Origin: Thermoplasmatota archaeon
Lineage (GTDB): Archaea; Thermoplasmatota; JAKEGO01
Assembly (NCBI GenBank): GCA_028279595.1
Contig: JANQNK010000015.1
Span: 1-55,371 of the forward strand
Direction of reading: 5' to 3'
Length of the DNA stretch: 55,371 nt
A model generated the notes under the pieces. It did not search any database. It was not told the origin of the DNA and saw nothing but the letters and a program-made list of their open reading frames with translations. Below, piece by piece: positions 18,108-28,723 of this stretch; within the stretch, counting starts at the first letter, position 1; the number at the start of each line of letters is the position of its first letter. The translations under genes were made by a program, and so were the position numbers.

Positions 18108-21100
18108 ATGATGAGGTGGCTATTTTCAACGTTAGTACTAGCGATGGCGCTCTTTACGATCGCCGGAATTGCTGCAGCGGATGTGTACGTGGACGACTCC
18201 AATTCAGGGGATCCGTCGATGGACGGTACCGAGGACCATCCGTGGGATAAGATCCGGAAGGGCGTCGACGATGCTCAGGAGGGAGAGACCGTTTACGTGT
18301 GGGCCGGTACTTACCGGGAGAACCTCGAGATCGACATGCCCGTGACCCTTCAGGGGAACGGCACGAGCGCGACCTATTTGAACGGCATGGGAGGAGTGGC
18401 GATCAACATATCCTACCGGCACGTCGTCATCAAGGGGATCGCATTCCACAACTGCTCGAACGCGATCGAGACATCGGCGCCGGGCTTCGACATCGACTCT
18501 AACCTGTTCGAGGAGATCGACGAGGATTGCATAGCGATCTGGATCAACGGAACCGGCTCAAGCCTCAATATGACGAACCAGTTCCTGGCATTCCCCTCGA
18601 ACGTTACATGGAACGATATGGACTGCGAGAAGTCCGGCATCTCGGTGAACTTCACGCACATCGGGAGCTACCTCACGGACAGTGCGAGCGTGGATATCGG
18701 CGCCTTCAACTTCAACAACAACACCATCGTCGCGAAGCGCGGTGTCAACATCAACAAGGTGAGGTACCTTGGACATTCGAACACGGGTTCGACATCGTTC
18801 ACCTGGGGCGGGTTCAGGATCGTTGACAACGACATCAACGCGACGATCGGCGGTGTCAGCACGCACTGGCAGATGCAGGCCAGGTTCTGGGGCGAAACAC
18901 TGAACGGAAGTGCGCGGGTGATCCTCGGAAGCCTCGATATGAGCAACAACGTGATCGAAGCCGGGCACGAGGGGATACACTTCCCGATGATCCGCGACGT
19001 CGGGAACAACCTGTACGGCACCTCCAATGTGACCATGGGCGACGTCAGGTTCGATGACAACGACATCCTTGTCTGGAACAAGACCGACGGCGAGGCCGGG
19101 ATCGAGCTCAGGGACATCGCATACTTCGGCGAGTACATGTACGACTCCGCATCCGTCCGGATGGGCGACATCAGCTTCAGCGGGAACACGATCAACTCCA
19201 CGGGCGACGGCATATACCAGGACGATTTCGACTACTGGGGCACCAGGATGTGGGACAACACCACCTGCCTCGTGGGGAACACGACCTTCAACTGGAACAA
19301 CATCACCGCCGGGGAAGAGGGGATATACTTCGGCGAGTACGAGTACCACGGCTATAACCTCTATGATGACGCATACGTCAGGGTCGGCAACGCTGAGTTC
19401 AACCACAACAACATCACGTCCGGTAGCAACGGCATGGACGTGGACGACTGGGACTCGTGGGGACAGTACTGCTACAACAGGTCGGTCGTCAAGCACGGAT
19501 ACATGCAGGTCAACTACAACACTATCGTCGCCGGGATCGACGGTATCGAGACGAACAGCCACGGGCGGAATGCCAACGACCTCCGGGGAAGCGCCTCCGT
19601 GACGATCGGTTCCACCAGCATCGACGGGAACGTCATCGATGCCGGGTTCGCGGGGATCGACGCGGACCGCTGGGAGTATCGCGGTTGTTATCTTTACAAC
19701 GACACCGTTGCCGTCCTGGGAGACCTATCCATCAGCGACAACGTGATAACGGCCGTCTTCGACGGCATCGAGCACGAGGAATGGGCGAACTACGGCAGGA
19801 ACCTTTACGGTCGCGCCAACGTGACGGTCGGAGATATCCGCCTCGACAACAACACCGTGACCGCAGGAGGCCATGGTATCGAGTTAGATGACTTCGACAA
19901 CTACGGTTATTACATGTACAACGATTCGTCGTTCCGGATGGGTGACCTGACGACCAGCAACAACACGGTCGTGGCGAACATGACGGGCATCGAGCATCCA
20001 GAGTGCGAGTACCACGGATATCATATCTATCACAATTCGAAGGTCACCATGGGTTCGATACACCTCGACTGGAACAACGTCACGGCGAACGGGACCGGGT
20101 TCTTCATGGACGACTTCGGGTACTACGGCTACAACGTCCACGACGCGTCCTCCTTCACGATGGGCGATTTCACGTTCAACGACAACACCATCGTCGCAGG
20201 CGAGGAGGGCGTGTACCAGAGCGACTTCTCATACATTGGCCAGCATGTTCGTGGGGACTCCCATGTGACCATTGGGAATCACGAGTACAACCGCAACAAC
20301 ATCACATCGAGATACAACGGCTTGATCATCGAGGACCACTACCACTGGGGCAGGAACATGAACGGGACGTCCACGTTCACTAGGGTAGACCTGTCCATCG
20401 TCGACAACAGGATCAGGACCTCGAACGGATCCGCATCCCATAGGTCCAGCGGATTGGAGTTCAGATGGCTCAACAGCTGGGGCAGAGGGCTCTCCGACGA
20501 CGCTGAGGTGACCCACGGGTCGGTGTACGTCGTCGGGAACGACATCGAGGCGGAGGACGCCGCAATCAACTTCACGGAACAGTCCAATTTCGACTACTTC
20601 GGCTCACAGATGAGCGGGAACGCGATCACGACCATCGGTCATGTGTACATCCAGAACAACACTCTGACTGGCAACTACACGATCCACGTGGACGACCCCG
20701 ACGTCATTGGAGTAGAGAACGTCAACAACTCCGTCTTCAACTTCGGAGGGATCGTGATCTCCGGCAACACCATCAGCTCGCGTCAGAGGGGCATATCGAT
20801 CTATGACCTCCCGAAGATCTGGTCGAATCGGACAGGATCACAGAACCTCTCGTTCTTCAGGGTCCTCGACAACCGTATCAACTCCGGAAGGGTAGGCATC
20901 TGGCTTCAGGATGCATTCCAGACCGAGATCGCCTTCAACAACTGCACTGTGGACAAGTACGGGATATTCCTGGACTCCAGCAACCTCAACGACGTCCACG
21001 ACAACGAGATAGATGGAAGCGACTACGGCATGTGGCTCTGGTCCGCCGACCGCAGTGTGATCTGGAACAATTCGATACGCTACTGTGGCGTGGGAGTATG

Positions 21101-21821
21101 GGACAGGTCGAACGATTACATGGACTTCCACGGGAACGAGATCGACAACAGCACCATGTTCGGCATCAGGGGAAGGGACCCTGAATGGTGCAACTACTGG
21201 GACAACGTCATCACGGGTTCCGGAGACGACGCCTTCGCAATGAACAACTCGAACAATTGCACGATCTACAACAACACGATCTGGCGCAACGATATGGACG
21301 GCATCTACCTCTGGAGCGGGTGCGAGAACGTCACCATCTTCAACAACTCGATCAAATGGAACGGCGAGCGAGGGATCTACATCCGGGACACCAATCACTC
21401 GATGATCGAGAACAACACGATCGGGTTCAACGACGTCGGGATCAGGTGCAACGAGGGCACGAACTTCCTGAACTTCACGTACAACGAGATCTTCTGGAAC
21501 GACGGCTACGGCATTTACCTCGAGAGCAACAACTGCACTGTCCATCACAACAACTTCGACAACAATACGGCATCACCACAGTGCTCTGACGAAGGGATCG
21601 GGAACATGTGGGACGACGGCGTCTCGGAGGGGAATTGGTGGAACGACTGGAACGGCACCGGAAACTACACCATAGGTGGGTCGCCCGGCAATGTCGACAG
21701 GTATCCGCTCGGGAACAAGACAACCACCAACGCTCCGGAGAAGGTTCCCGAGTTCGGGCTACTGCTCATGGTCACAGCCCTCGTCTTCATCGCTATCGTG
21801 ATCCGAAGGCGAAGGAAGTGA
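18108..21821 (+). CDS. Large parallel beta-helix surface protein with a 37-aa repeat insert, PEF-CTERM, array copy 2
   Basis: YVDDSN..GTEDHPW N-cap, about 19 copies of a 37-aa repeat, NosD-like coils, and APEKVPEF-TM-RRRRK. Confidence 0.88.
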   Translation: MMRWLFSTLVLAMALFTIAGIAAADVYVDDSNSGDPSMDGTEDHPWDKIRKGVDDAQEGETVYVWAGTYRENLEIDMPVTLQGNGTSATYLNGMGGVAINISYRHVVIKGIAFHNCSNAIETSAPGFDIDSNLFEEIDEDCIAIWINGTGSSLNMTNQFLAFPSNVTWNDMDCEKSGISVNFTHIGSYLTDSASVDIGAFNFNNNTIVAKRGVNINKVRYLGHSNTGSTSFTWGGFRIVDNDINATIGGVSTHWQMQARFWGETLNGSARVILGSLDMSNNVIEAGHEGIHFPMIRDVGNNLYGTSNVTMGDVRFDDNDILVWNKTDGEAGIELRDIAYFGEYMYDSASVRMGDISFSGNTINSTGDGIYQDDFDYWGTRMWDNTTCLVGNTTFNWNNITAGEEGIYFGEYEYHGYNLYDDAYVRVGNAEFNHNNITSGSNGMDVDDWDSWGQYCYNRSVVKHGYMQVNYNTIVAGIDGIETNSHGRNANDLRGSASVTIGSTSIDGNVIDAGFAGIDADRWEYRGCYLYNDTVAVLGDLSISDNVITAVFDGIEHEEWANYGRNLYGRANVTVGDIRLDNNTVTAGGHGIELDDFDNYGYYMYNDSSFRMGDLTTSNNTVVANMTGIEHPECEYHGYHIYHNSKVTMGSIHLDWNNVTANGTGFFMDDFGYYGYNVHDASSFTMGDFTFNDNTIVAGEEGVYQSDFSYIGQHVRGDSHVTIGNHEYNRNNITSRYNGLIIEDHYHWGRNMNGTSTFTRVDLSIVDNRIRTSNGSASHRSSGLEFRWLNSWGRGLSDDAEVTHGSVYVVGNDIEAEDAAINFTEQSNFDYFGSQMSGNAITTIGHVYIQNNTLTGNYTIHVDDPDVIGVENVNNSVFNFGGIVISGNTISSRQRGISIYDLPKIWSNRTGSQNLSFFRVLDNRINSGRVGIWLQDAFQTEIAFNNCTVDKYGIFLDSSNLNDVHDNEIDGSDYGMWLWSADRSVIWNNSIRYCGVGVWDRSNDYMDFHGNEIDNSTMFGIRGRDPEWCNYWDNVITGSGDDAFAMNNSNNCTIYNNTIWRNDMDGIYLWSGCENVTIFNNSIKWNGERGIYIRDTNHSMIENNTIGFNDVGIRCNEGTNFLNFTYNEIFWNDGYGIYLESNNCTVHHNNFDNNTASPQCSDEGIGNMWDDGVSEGNWWNDWNGTGNYTIGGSPGNVDRYPLGNKTTTNAPEKVPEFGLLLMVTALVFIAIVIRRRRK
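18663..20800 (+). repeat. About 19 tandem 37-aa (111-nt) protein repeats
   Basis: Example units: GTRMWDNTTCLVGNTTFNWNNITAGEEGIYFGEYEYH, GYNLYDDAYVRVGNAEFNHNNITSGSNGMDVDDWDSW and GRNLYGRANVTVGDIRLDNNTVTAGGHGIELDDFDNY. Confidence 0.85.
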
Positions 21822-21906
21822 GCGCGGACCTTCGGATGGACGCCATCGTCCGATGGTCAACATATCGCTTAAATAATCAGGACGATATCCGGAAACGGTG
21901 ACCTGT

Positions 21907-23547
21907 ATGCGTATCTTGCTGTTCGCAGGATTGTTCATGTACGTAGCCCTGTTAGCGATCGTTTCCTCAGCCGAGGGCCTTTCGTTCGTAGTCGACGACG
22001 ACAACGGGACCTGGGCGGATTACGGTTCGATAACCGAGGCGATCAACCATGCTCCGGAATTCAACACGATCTACATCTACAACGGTACCTACAACGAGGA
22101 GTTCAACTGTCCGTACACGTTCACGTTCATCGGGAACGGCTCGGACGTAACGACCGTGGATGCAGACGAGGCCGACGACGTCATGGTGCTCCAGGCTCCG
22201 TGGATCAACGTCAGCGGACTGAAGCTGATGGGCCCCGGAAGCGGCGACAGCTATCTCGGGATCAACGACGAGAACGTGACCGTCGAGGACTGCGACTTCG
22301 GGGACCCGACCGACAACATCGGGAAGGCGTTCAGGATGTGGCGGAACAGCAACGTCACCATCAGGAACTGTTCCTGGTCCCTCATGAGGTGGGGAGTGCT
22401 TCTGAGGGAGTGCAACGACACGCTGTTCGAGAACTGCAACTTCTCTTCCAGCGCCTACGGGATGCTGATAGATACATCCTGGAGGATCACGATCCGCGAC
22501 TGCGAGTTCTACAACAACAGCTTCGGACTCAACATCACCGACGGATCGTACGACATCGTCGTCGAGAACAGCACCTTCCTTGCGAACGACGGGAACGTGA
22601 TCGTGGAGGAAGACTCCCATGACGTCCTGATCGGGAACTGCACCGTGAAGAGGTCGGACAAGCACGGTATCCTCGTCAACTGGTCCAACGAGGTCGATGT
22701 CATCGGCTGTACCATCTCGGATAACGGCGATCACTCTAAGGGCGATGAGATTAGGATCCAATGGGCGGACGATTGCAGGATCATCGACAACGACATCGAT
22801 ATTGGCTACAACTATGGGATCTTACTGTCGTACTGCGATGACAGCGAGGTCCGGGGAAACACGATTACAGGGGGGGGCCCAGGGATCCGCATAAGCACCT
22901 CTCACCTTTGTATCATCGAGGACAACTGGGTCCACAATATTTCCAGCGGTAGGGGTTTGCATCTACTCGATTCGAATCACACCGATATCCACAAGAACGT
23001 CTTCCTTGACAACCATGGGAATGAGATTATAGAGATCGTCTATTGCTATGATGTCAACATTACCTTCAACAACATCTCGAGGGACACCGATGCCACTGGT
23101 ATTTCCTTTAGTAACACTGACAATGTCACGGTCTTCAACAACACCATCTCGTGGACCGAGATCGGCATCTATTCGACGGACTGCGACTATCTCGAAATCG
23201 CCTACAACGAGCTCTTGAACAACACCTACTGGGGCGTGACCCTATCTTCAAGGACGACGAACAGTCTCGTGCATCACAACAACTTCTACGGCAACTACAA
23301 CAACGACGAACAGGCCTACGACTCCCAGACCAACGACTGGGACAACGGGACCGAGGGTAACTGGTGGTCCGACTGGGACGGCAACGGGACCTATGAGATT
23401 GGGGGTTCATCGTTAGCCGAGGACAATTACCCGCTCGGTTCTCCCGTCGTGACCTCGGCTCCAGAACGGGTGCCCGAGGTCGGACTGCTCCTCACGGTCG
23501 CAGCCCTCACATTCATCGCTATCGTGATCCGAAGGCGCAGGAAGTGA
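21907..23547 (+). CDS. Parallel beta-helix surface protein, PEF-CTERM type, array copy 3
   Basis: SFVVDDDNGTWADY N-cap and APERVPEV-TM-RRRRK tail. Confidence 0.88.
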   Translation: MRILLFAGLFMYVALLAIVSSAEGLSFVVDDDNGTWADYGSITEAINHAPEFNTIYIYNGTYNEEFNCPYTFTFIGNGSDVTTVDADEADDVMVLQAPWINVSGLKLMGPGSGDSYLGINDENVTVEDCDFGDPTDNIGKAFRMWRNSNVTIRNCSWSLMRWGVLLRECNDTLFENCNFSSSAYGMLIDTSWRITIRDCEFYNNSFGLNITDGSYDIVVENSTFLANDGNVIVEEDSHDVLIGNCTVKRSDKHGILVNWSNEVDVIGCTISDNGDHSKGDEIRIQWADDCRIIDNDIDIGYNYGILLSYCDDSEVRGNTITGGGPGIRISTSHLCIIEDNWVHNISSGRGLHLLDSNHTDIHKNVFLDNHGNEIIEIVYCYDVNITFNNISRDTDATGISFSNTDNVTVFNNTISWTEIGIYSTDCDYLEIAYNELLNNTYWGVTLSSRTTNSLVHHNNFYGNYNNDEQAYDSQTNDWDNGTEGNWWSDWDGNGTYEIGGSSLAEDNYPLGSPVVTSAPERVPEVGLLLTVAALTFIAIVIRRRRK

Positions 23548-23634
23548 GAGCGGACCCACACCGATAATACCGATAGTCCAATGATTTACATATCGCTTAA
23601 GTAATTCGGATTCCATCGAAACGTGGTGCCAAGC

Positions 23635-25275
23635 ATGCGTATCTGGATATTCGTAGGATTCCTGTTCCTTGCCCTTATCGCGATCATTTCTTCCGTCGAA
23701 GGAGTCTCCTTCGTCGTCGACGATGACAACGGAACCTGGGCCGATTACGGATCAATATCGGAGGCCCTCAACGATGCTCCCGAGGGCAGCACGATCTACA
23801 TCTACAACGGGACCTACGAGGAGGAGATCAACACCGGCAAGGAGTTCACCATCATCGGGAACGGTTCCAGCGACACGAAGGTCGACGCCAATGGATCGGA
23901 TGTAGTCATGACCCTTAACGGGAACGGAACATTCGTTAGCGGACTCCATCTCAAGGGGCCGGCCGAGGGTGACGAGGTCGTCAGCGTATCGGCCGAGAAC
24001 GTTACGATAGAGGATTGCGTCTTCGGTTCCAATTCCGATCCCTCGAGCAGCGGTCTGATGGGCCACGGATCGCACAATCTGACCATTCGTAGATGCACAT
24101 GGAAGGACAGGGAGAGGGGCGTCAAGGTCCGCGATGCGGTCAACATCCTCATCGAGGACTGCAATGGCTCCTCGAACGACAAGGGTATCATCTTCGATAA
24201 CGTGCAGAACGCCACGATATCCAACAACGACCTCTGGAGGAACGAATACGGCATCTGGTTGAGGGACGGATGCAGTGACGTGACGATCGAGGACAACAAC
24301 GTGGATGACAGCGGTGAGAACGGCATCGAGATCAGGATGGACTGCAACAACATCACGATCTTCGACAACGATCTGCTCAGGGCGGACCGTATTGCCATCA
24401 ATCTAACTGATACCGGTGATGTCCTGGTCGAGGACAATTACATATTCGATGATCATACCGACAACATGAACGGTGTTCGTCTCGTCAGGTCCGAGGACTG
24501 CACGATCCACAACAATACCATCGAAGCGGGAAACGCCGCCACGGCTGTCCTGCTGGAGAAATACTCTCACAGATGCAACATCAGCGATAACGTCATATAT
24601 TCGGGAAGGCACGCCATCCGCGTCAACGTTTCCAACGGCTGCTTGATCGAGGACAACTGGATACACAACAACTCGGGAATAGGTCTCCACATCGAACGGT
24701 CGAACCGGACCGATGTCCATGGGAATGTGATCGCCGACGGGACCAGCAGCAGGGAGCTCATGATGATCGAGAACTGCTACGACCTGAACATCACCAAGAA
24801 CAACTTATCCCGGAACGAGGACCGGGTCGCCATCTATATCGATGAGACCGATGACGTGTGGTTCGAGAACAACACGGTCGCGTGGAGCCAGCAGGGACTA
24901 TATGCCAGGTCATCGGACAACATCACGATAGTCTACAATGAGTTCATCAACAATACCTACTATGGCGTCTCGTTTTCAGGAAGTACCACCAACTGTCTGG
25001 TCCACCACAACAATTTCTATGGAAACTATGACAACGACGGCCAGGCATACGACAGCGCCTCGAACGATTGGGACGACGGGTCCGAAGGGAACTGGTGGTC
25101 GGACTGGGACGGTAACGGAACCTACGAGATCGATGGTTCCGGACAGGAGGACGGTTCTCCCTTTGCGGAGCCCGTCGAAACCGGTGCGCCCGAAAAGGTT
25201 CCCGAGATCGGGCTGCTCCTCACGGTCGCATCCCTCGCCTTCCTCGCCGTTTTCATCCGACGGAGATACATCTGA
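23635..25275 (+). CDS. Parallel beta-helix surface protein, PEF-CTERM type, array copy 4 (close paralog of copy 3)
   Basis: SFVVDDDNGTWADY N-cap and APEKVPEI-TM-RRRYI tail. Confidence 0.88.
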   Translation: MRIWIFVGFLFLALIAIISSVEGVSFVVDDDNGTWADYGSISEALNDAPEGSTIYIYNGTYEEEINTGKEFTIIGNGSSDTKVDANGSDVVMTLNGNGTFVSGLHLKGPAEGDEVVSVSAENVTIEDCVFGSNSDPSSSGLMGHGSHNLTIRRCTWKDRERGVKVRDAVNILIEDCNGSSNDKGIIFDNVQNATISNNDLWRNEYGIWLRDGCSDVTIEDNNVDDSGENGIEIRMDCNNITIFDNDLLRADRIAINLTDTGDVLVEDNYIFDDHTDNMNGVRLVRSEDCTIHNNTIEAGNAATAVLLEKYSHRCNISDNVIYSGRHAIRVNVSNGCLIEDNWIHNNSGIGLHIERSNRTDVHGNVIADGTSSRELMMIENCYDLNITKNNLSRNEDRVAIYIDETDDVWFENNTVAWSQQGLYARSSDNITIVYNEFINNTYYGVSFSGSTTNCLVHHNNFYGNYDNDGQAYDSASNDWDDGSEGNWWSDWDGNGTYEIDGSGQEDGSPFAEPVETGAPEKVPEIGLLLTVASLAFLAVFIRRRYI

Positions 25276-25330
25276 GACCGTCCCCCAATCCTCTTAAACC
25301 CGCCATCGCATTCATGTACTGGTGGACGAA

Positions 25331-26917
25331 ATGAGGATGCTTCAGTTCGTGTTAGTGCTGGGAATTCTGCTTGCCATATCGATTACCGTCAGCGGAGACC
25401 TCGTCGTCGACGACGACACGGGCACCTGGATGAATTACGACAACATCCAGGACGCCATCGACAACGCCGCAGACAACGAGACGATTTACGTCTACGACGG
25501 CGTCTACTACGAGAACGTCATAGTCAACCAGACGGTCAACATCGTAGGTAATGGCACCAACGACGTGATGGTCTACAGTCCGAACGACGACAGCACGTTC
25601 AACGTCTCCGCGGACTACGTCAACATCACCTACCTCACGGTCGAATCGAACATGACCATGGACCCGAAGGCCGCCGGGATATTCATTGAATGGGCCGATC
25701 ACGTCCGCATCGCATACTGCAGGGTCAACGACACCGAGATCGGCATCTTCGGATACTACGCCAACGACGCTGTCATCGAGTTCACCGGCGTCTACAACTG
25801 CAGCGACGACGGACTGTACATAACCCATTCACAGGACGTGACAATGTACCAGGTCAGGGTCGAGAACTGCGACAGATCCGGCATCGAGGGATGGCACAGC
25901 GACGGCATGACCATCAACTACGCCGACGTGTACGACTGCAACACGGACGACGGTGCTGACGACGGCGGCTTCACGTTCCACTACTGCGACGACCTCACCC
26001 TGGGCTACAGCCAGGGAGACACCAACAAGCGGTTCGGCGTCCTTCAGAGGTACGCCGAGGACACGTTCTACTACAGGAACACGATGGAGGACACCATCGG
26101 AGGAGAGGGGTTCTACATCAGCAGCGCTGTGAGAGTGCTGTTCCGGTGGAATGACGCCTACCAGAACGACGGTATCGGCTTCTGGTTCACCTCCGCCAAC
26201 GATGGTGAGATCAGCAACAACACCGCGGAGGACAACGGCGAGCACGGCTTCCATGTCAACGGAAGGGGGACCTTGTTCGCCGACAACAACGCCACGGAGA
26301 ACGGATGGACAGGCTTCTATCTCACGACGTTCTCGGGGTCCGACATCGTCCGGTGCTGGGCCGTGAACAACACTAGTGCGTCATATGACGGTTTCCACAT
26401 CGAGTACTCCAGGCATGTCAACATCACGGAGTGCGTATCGAAGGGGAACGGGCGCGATGGATTCCAGTTCCTCCTCTACTACGGGATCAACATGACCAAC
26501 ACGACCATGGCGGACAACGGTCGATATGGACTCTATCTCTGGGCCCTCAACGGGGGCGTCTTCGAGTACAACGAGATATTCGACAACACCAATTACGGCC
26601 TATACTCCAGTGCCTCTCCCAGGAACATCACGGTACGCTACAACAACTTCGCCAACAACGGCGGCTCCTCGTCGCAGGCATACTGCGGTAAGGACGAGAA
26701 CAACACCTTCAACGGAACCGGCGAGGGCAATTACTGGTCGGACTGGAACGGAACGGGCAATTACAGCATCGACGGGTCCGCGGGACTCGCCGATGAGCAT
26801 CCCCAGGGGAGCATCATCCCTACGTCAGCGCCGGAGAGGGTGCCGGAGTTCGCATTCCTGCTCGTACTCACGATGATGTTCATAATGGCAATCGTTTACC
26901 GCAGACGGGAACAGTGA
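25331..26917 (+). CDS. Parallel beta-helix surface protein, PEF-CTERM, array copy 5
   Basis: LVVDDDTGTW..IQDAI N-cap and APERVPEF-TM-RRREQ tail. Confidence 0.88.
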   Translation: MRMLQFVLVLGILLAISITVSGDLVVDDDTGTWMNYDNIQDAIDNAADNETIYVYDGVYYENVIVNQTVNIVGNGTNDVMVYSPNDDSTFNVSADYVNITYLTVESNMTMDPKAAGIFIEWADHVRIAYCRVNDTEIGIFGYYANDAVIEFTGVYNCSDDGLYITHSQDVTMYQVRVENCDRSGIEGWHSDGMTINYADVYDCNTDDGADDGGFTFHYCDDLTLGYSQGDTNKRFGVLQRYAEDTFYYRNTMEDTIGGEGFYISSAVRVLFRWNDAYQNDGIGFWFTSANDGEISNNTAEDNGEHGFHVNGRGTLFADNNATENGWTGFYLTTFSGSDIVRCWAVNNTSASYDGFHIEYSRHVNITECVSKGNGRDGFQFLLYYGINMTNTTMADNGRYGLYLWALNGGVFEYNEIFDNTNYGLYSSASPRNITVRYNNFANNGGSSSQAYCGKDENNTFNGTGEGNYWSDWNGTGNYSIDGSAGLADEHPQGSIIPTSAPERVPEFAFLLVLTMMFIMAIVYRRREQ

Positions 26918-26973
26918 GCCATCTGCTCCACAAAATCCTTAAGTAGTCACCGACAGGTCGACACGGTGTGCAA

Positions 26974-27186
26974 ATGACAAGTCGACTGTCGGCAGTTATC
27001 CACAAGGAAGGGAACTGGTTCGTATCGCTCTGTCCCGAGATCGATGTCGCCAGCCAGGGCAGCACCGTCGAGGAGTCGATCGACAACCTGCGCGAGGCCG
27101 TCCAGCTCTATCTCGAGGACGAGGATGTCGTCCTCCCTGACGGCGAAGCGATCGTCACGACATTCGATGTAAACAAGAGACCGTAG
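26974..27186 (+). CDS. hicB: HicB-family antitoxin (short, solo)
   Basis: AVIHKEGNWFVSLCPEIDVASQGSTVEESIDNLREAVQLYLE. It has its own TTAAGTA box (26939) and a GGTG SD. Confidence 0.85.
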   Translation: MTSRLSAVIHKEGNWFVSLCPEIDVASQGSTVEESIDNLREAVQLYLEDEDVVLPDGEAIVTTFDVNKRP

Positions 27187-27223
27187 CAAGGAACGCAGAC
27201 GCCGTTCCGGCTAAATAAAGAAC

Positions 27224-27583
27224 TCAGGGACGTGTACCGTTCTCCATCCTGTACACGTAGATCCTGTCGTGGACGTTCGAGAGATCGTAATCCGAGGCCA
27301 TTCCCTTCTCGGAATAATACTTCAGTATCTTCCGGGTGCTTTTGATCGACTCCGTCGTGAGCGCACGGTAGAAACCGTTCTCCCTGTCGACGAGATGCTC
27401 CTCGAACAGCTGCGTCTCGATGTCGTCCGAGGTACCGATGAACCATTCCTCGTAACCGGAGCTGTGGTTCACGACGAAGAGGCTGATCCTCTGCTTGATG
27501 GCCTTCTCCGGCATGGGGATCCTGCGGATGTCGAACGGAACTGTGAAGTCGTTCAACGCTGCGACCTGGTCCTCCGCTATCAT
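27224..27583 (-). CDS. Hypothetical protein, possibly a degenerate GIY-YIG-like fold
   Basis: YEEWFIGTSDDIETQLFEEHLVD...IYVYR pattern. The start (MIAED or the later MPEK) is uncertain. Confidence 0.55.
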   Translation of the reverse strand: MIAEDQVAALNDFTVPFDIRRIPMPEKAIKQRISLFVVNHSSGYEEWFIGTSDDIETQLFEEHLVDRENGFYRALTTESIKSTRKILKYYSEKGMASDYDLSNVHDRIYVYRMENGTRP

Positions 27584-27721
27584 GTAGTCTCCCTCGGATG
27601 TCTGCCTCTTAGCGAGTCGCTTTACTACCACTTATTACTTCCGGACGGTGCAACCCACGTCAGAGCATTCGCTGTGTTCTCTACTTATAGCAACTGGTAA
27701 ACCCGTTACATCGGGTCCCGG

Positions 27722-28540
27722 CTACGCGAACATCGCTTCCGTACCTGGGTCCATGAACGGATCGTAGACGATCTTCTCCGGAGTGGCCTCCTCGGAGATC
27801 TCCCAGTATATGTACCACGATACTGACTCGCTCGGTTCGACCTGGTCCGGTTTGGCGTCGTCCTCACCGTCGTAATATTCGTGGATCGGGTCCCCGACGA
27901 GGTAGAGGTCGAAGTAACCGCCACCCGTGGTGAAGTTGTTCATGGTCTCCCCCGTGTTCTCGAGGGTTATGTTCGCGTACAGGAACGTGTGGTTGGCCGA
28001 CGCGTTCAGTCCGTCGTCGTCCTGCTGGGCGTAGTGGTAGCTGTCGATGGTCAGTACGACGTAGGTAGGATTGTGTATCCCGTCCACGATGTTGACCAGG
28101 TTCGCCTCGGCCCCGAAGAAGAGCTGGGTGTAGGTCAGCTTCCACGAGGTCGACACGGTCTCGTTGTCGGGAACCTCGAACCCGACGAAGAAATCGCCGG
28201 ACTCTCCCTTCTCGAGCTCGGTGTCAGCGTCGCCACCCAGAAGGCTCCATTCCGCGTAGTGGCTCCAACCGCCCGGATGCTCGAGCGCGAACCAGAGGGC
28301 CGATATATAGATTGTCGAGTCAACCCCGTTCTTGATGGTGAACTCGACAACGATGAACGTGTGATTGTCATCGGGCTCCATTCCATAACCGTCTATCGTA
28401 CGCTTCTCCACGCGTGTCACAGTGATCGTGACCTTCTCGTCATCATCCCCTCCGCTCTCGGAGGTACATCCGACCAGTGAGATCAACAGTACCGCCATCA
28501 AACATATCGCTATGGTCCCGTTCTTCATTTTCATCATCAC
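27722..28540 (-). CDS. Lipoprotein with two DUF4352-like Ig-fold domains
   Basis: Lipobox-like LVGC; VVEFTIKN...ELEKGESGDFFVGFEVP and ANITLEN...VEPSESVSWYIYWEI. Confidence 0.75.
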   Translation of the reverse strand: MMMKMKNGTIAICLMAVLLISLVGCTSESGGDDDEKVTITVTRVEKRTIDGYGMEPDDNHTFIVVEFTIKNGVDSTIYISALWFALEHPGGWSHYAEWSLLGGDADTELEKGESGDFFVGFEVPDNETVSTSWKLTYTQLFFGAEANLVNIVDGIHNPTYVVLTIDSYHYAQQDDDGLNASANHTFLYANITLENTGETMNNFTTGGGYFDLYLVGDPIHEYYDGEDDAKPDQVEPSESVSWYIYWEISEEATPEKIVYDPFMDPGTEAMFA

Positions 28541-28723
28541 TCCGATACTGCCATCGGCGCGTCACCGGGTACCCAGTCGGTCCTGCAGGGCCCCGGACCG
28601 GTGGCCAGGCCCCCATGTCATCTTGCATATTTAACGATATCCCGTCCGCCTCTCCCCTTTGGTTCCCGTTGGGAATATATAAATACCAAACAGTGGATTT
28701 AGAATCAGTCGGGAGATGGGAAG

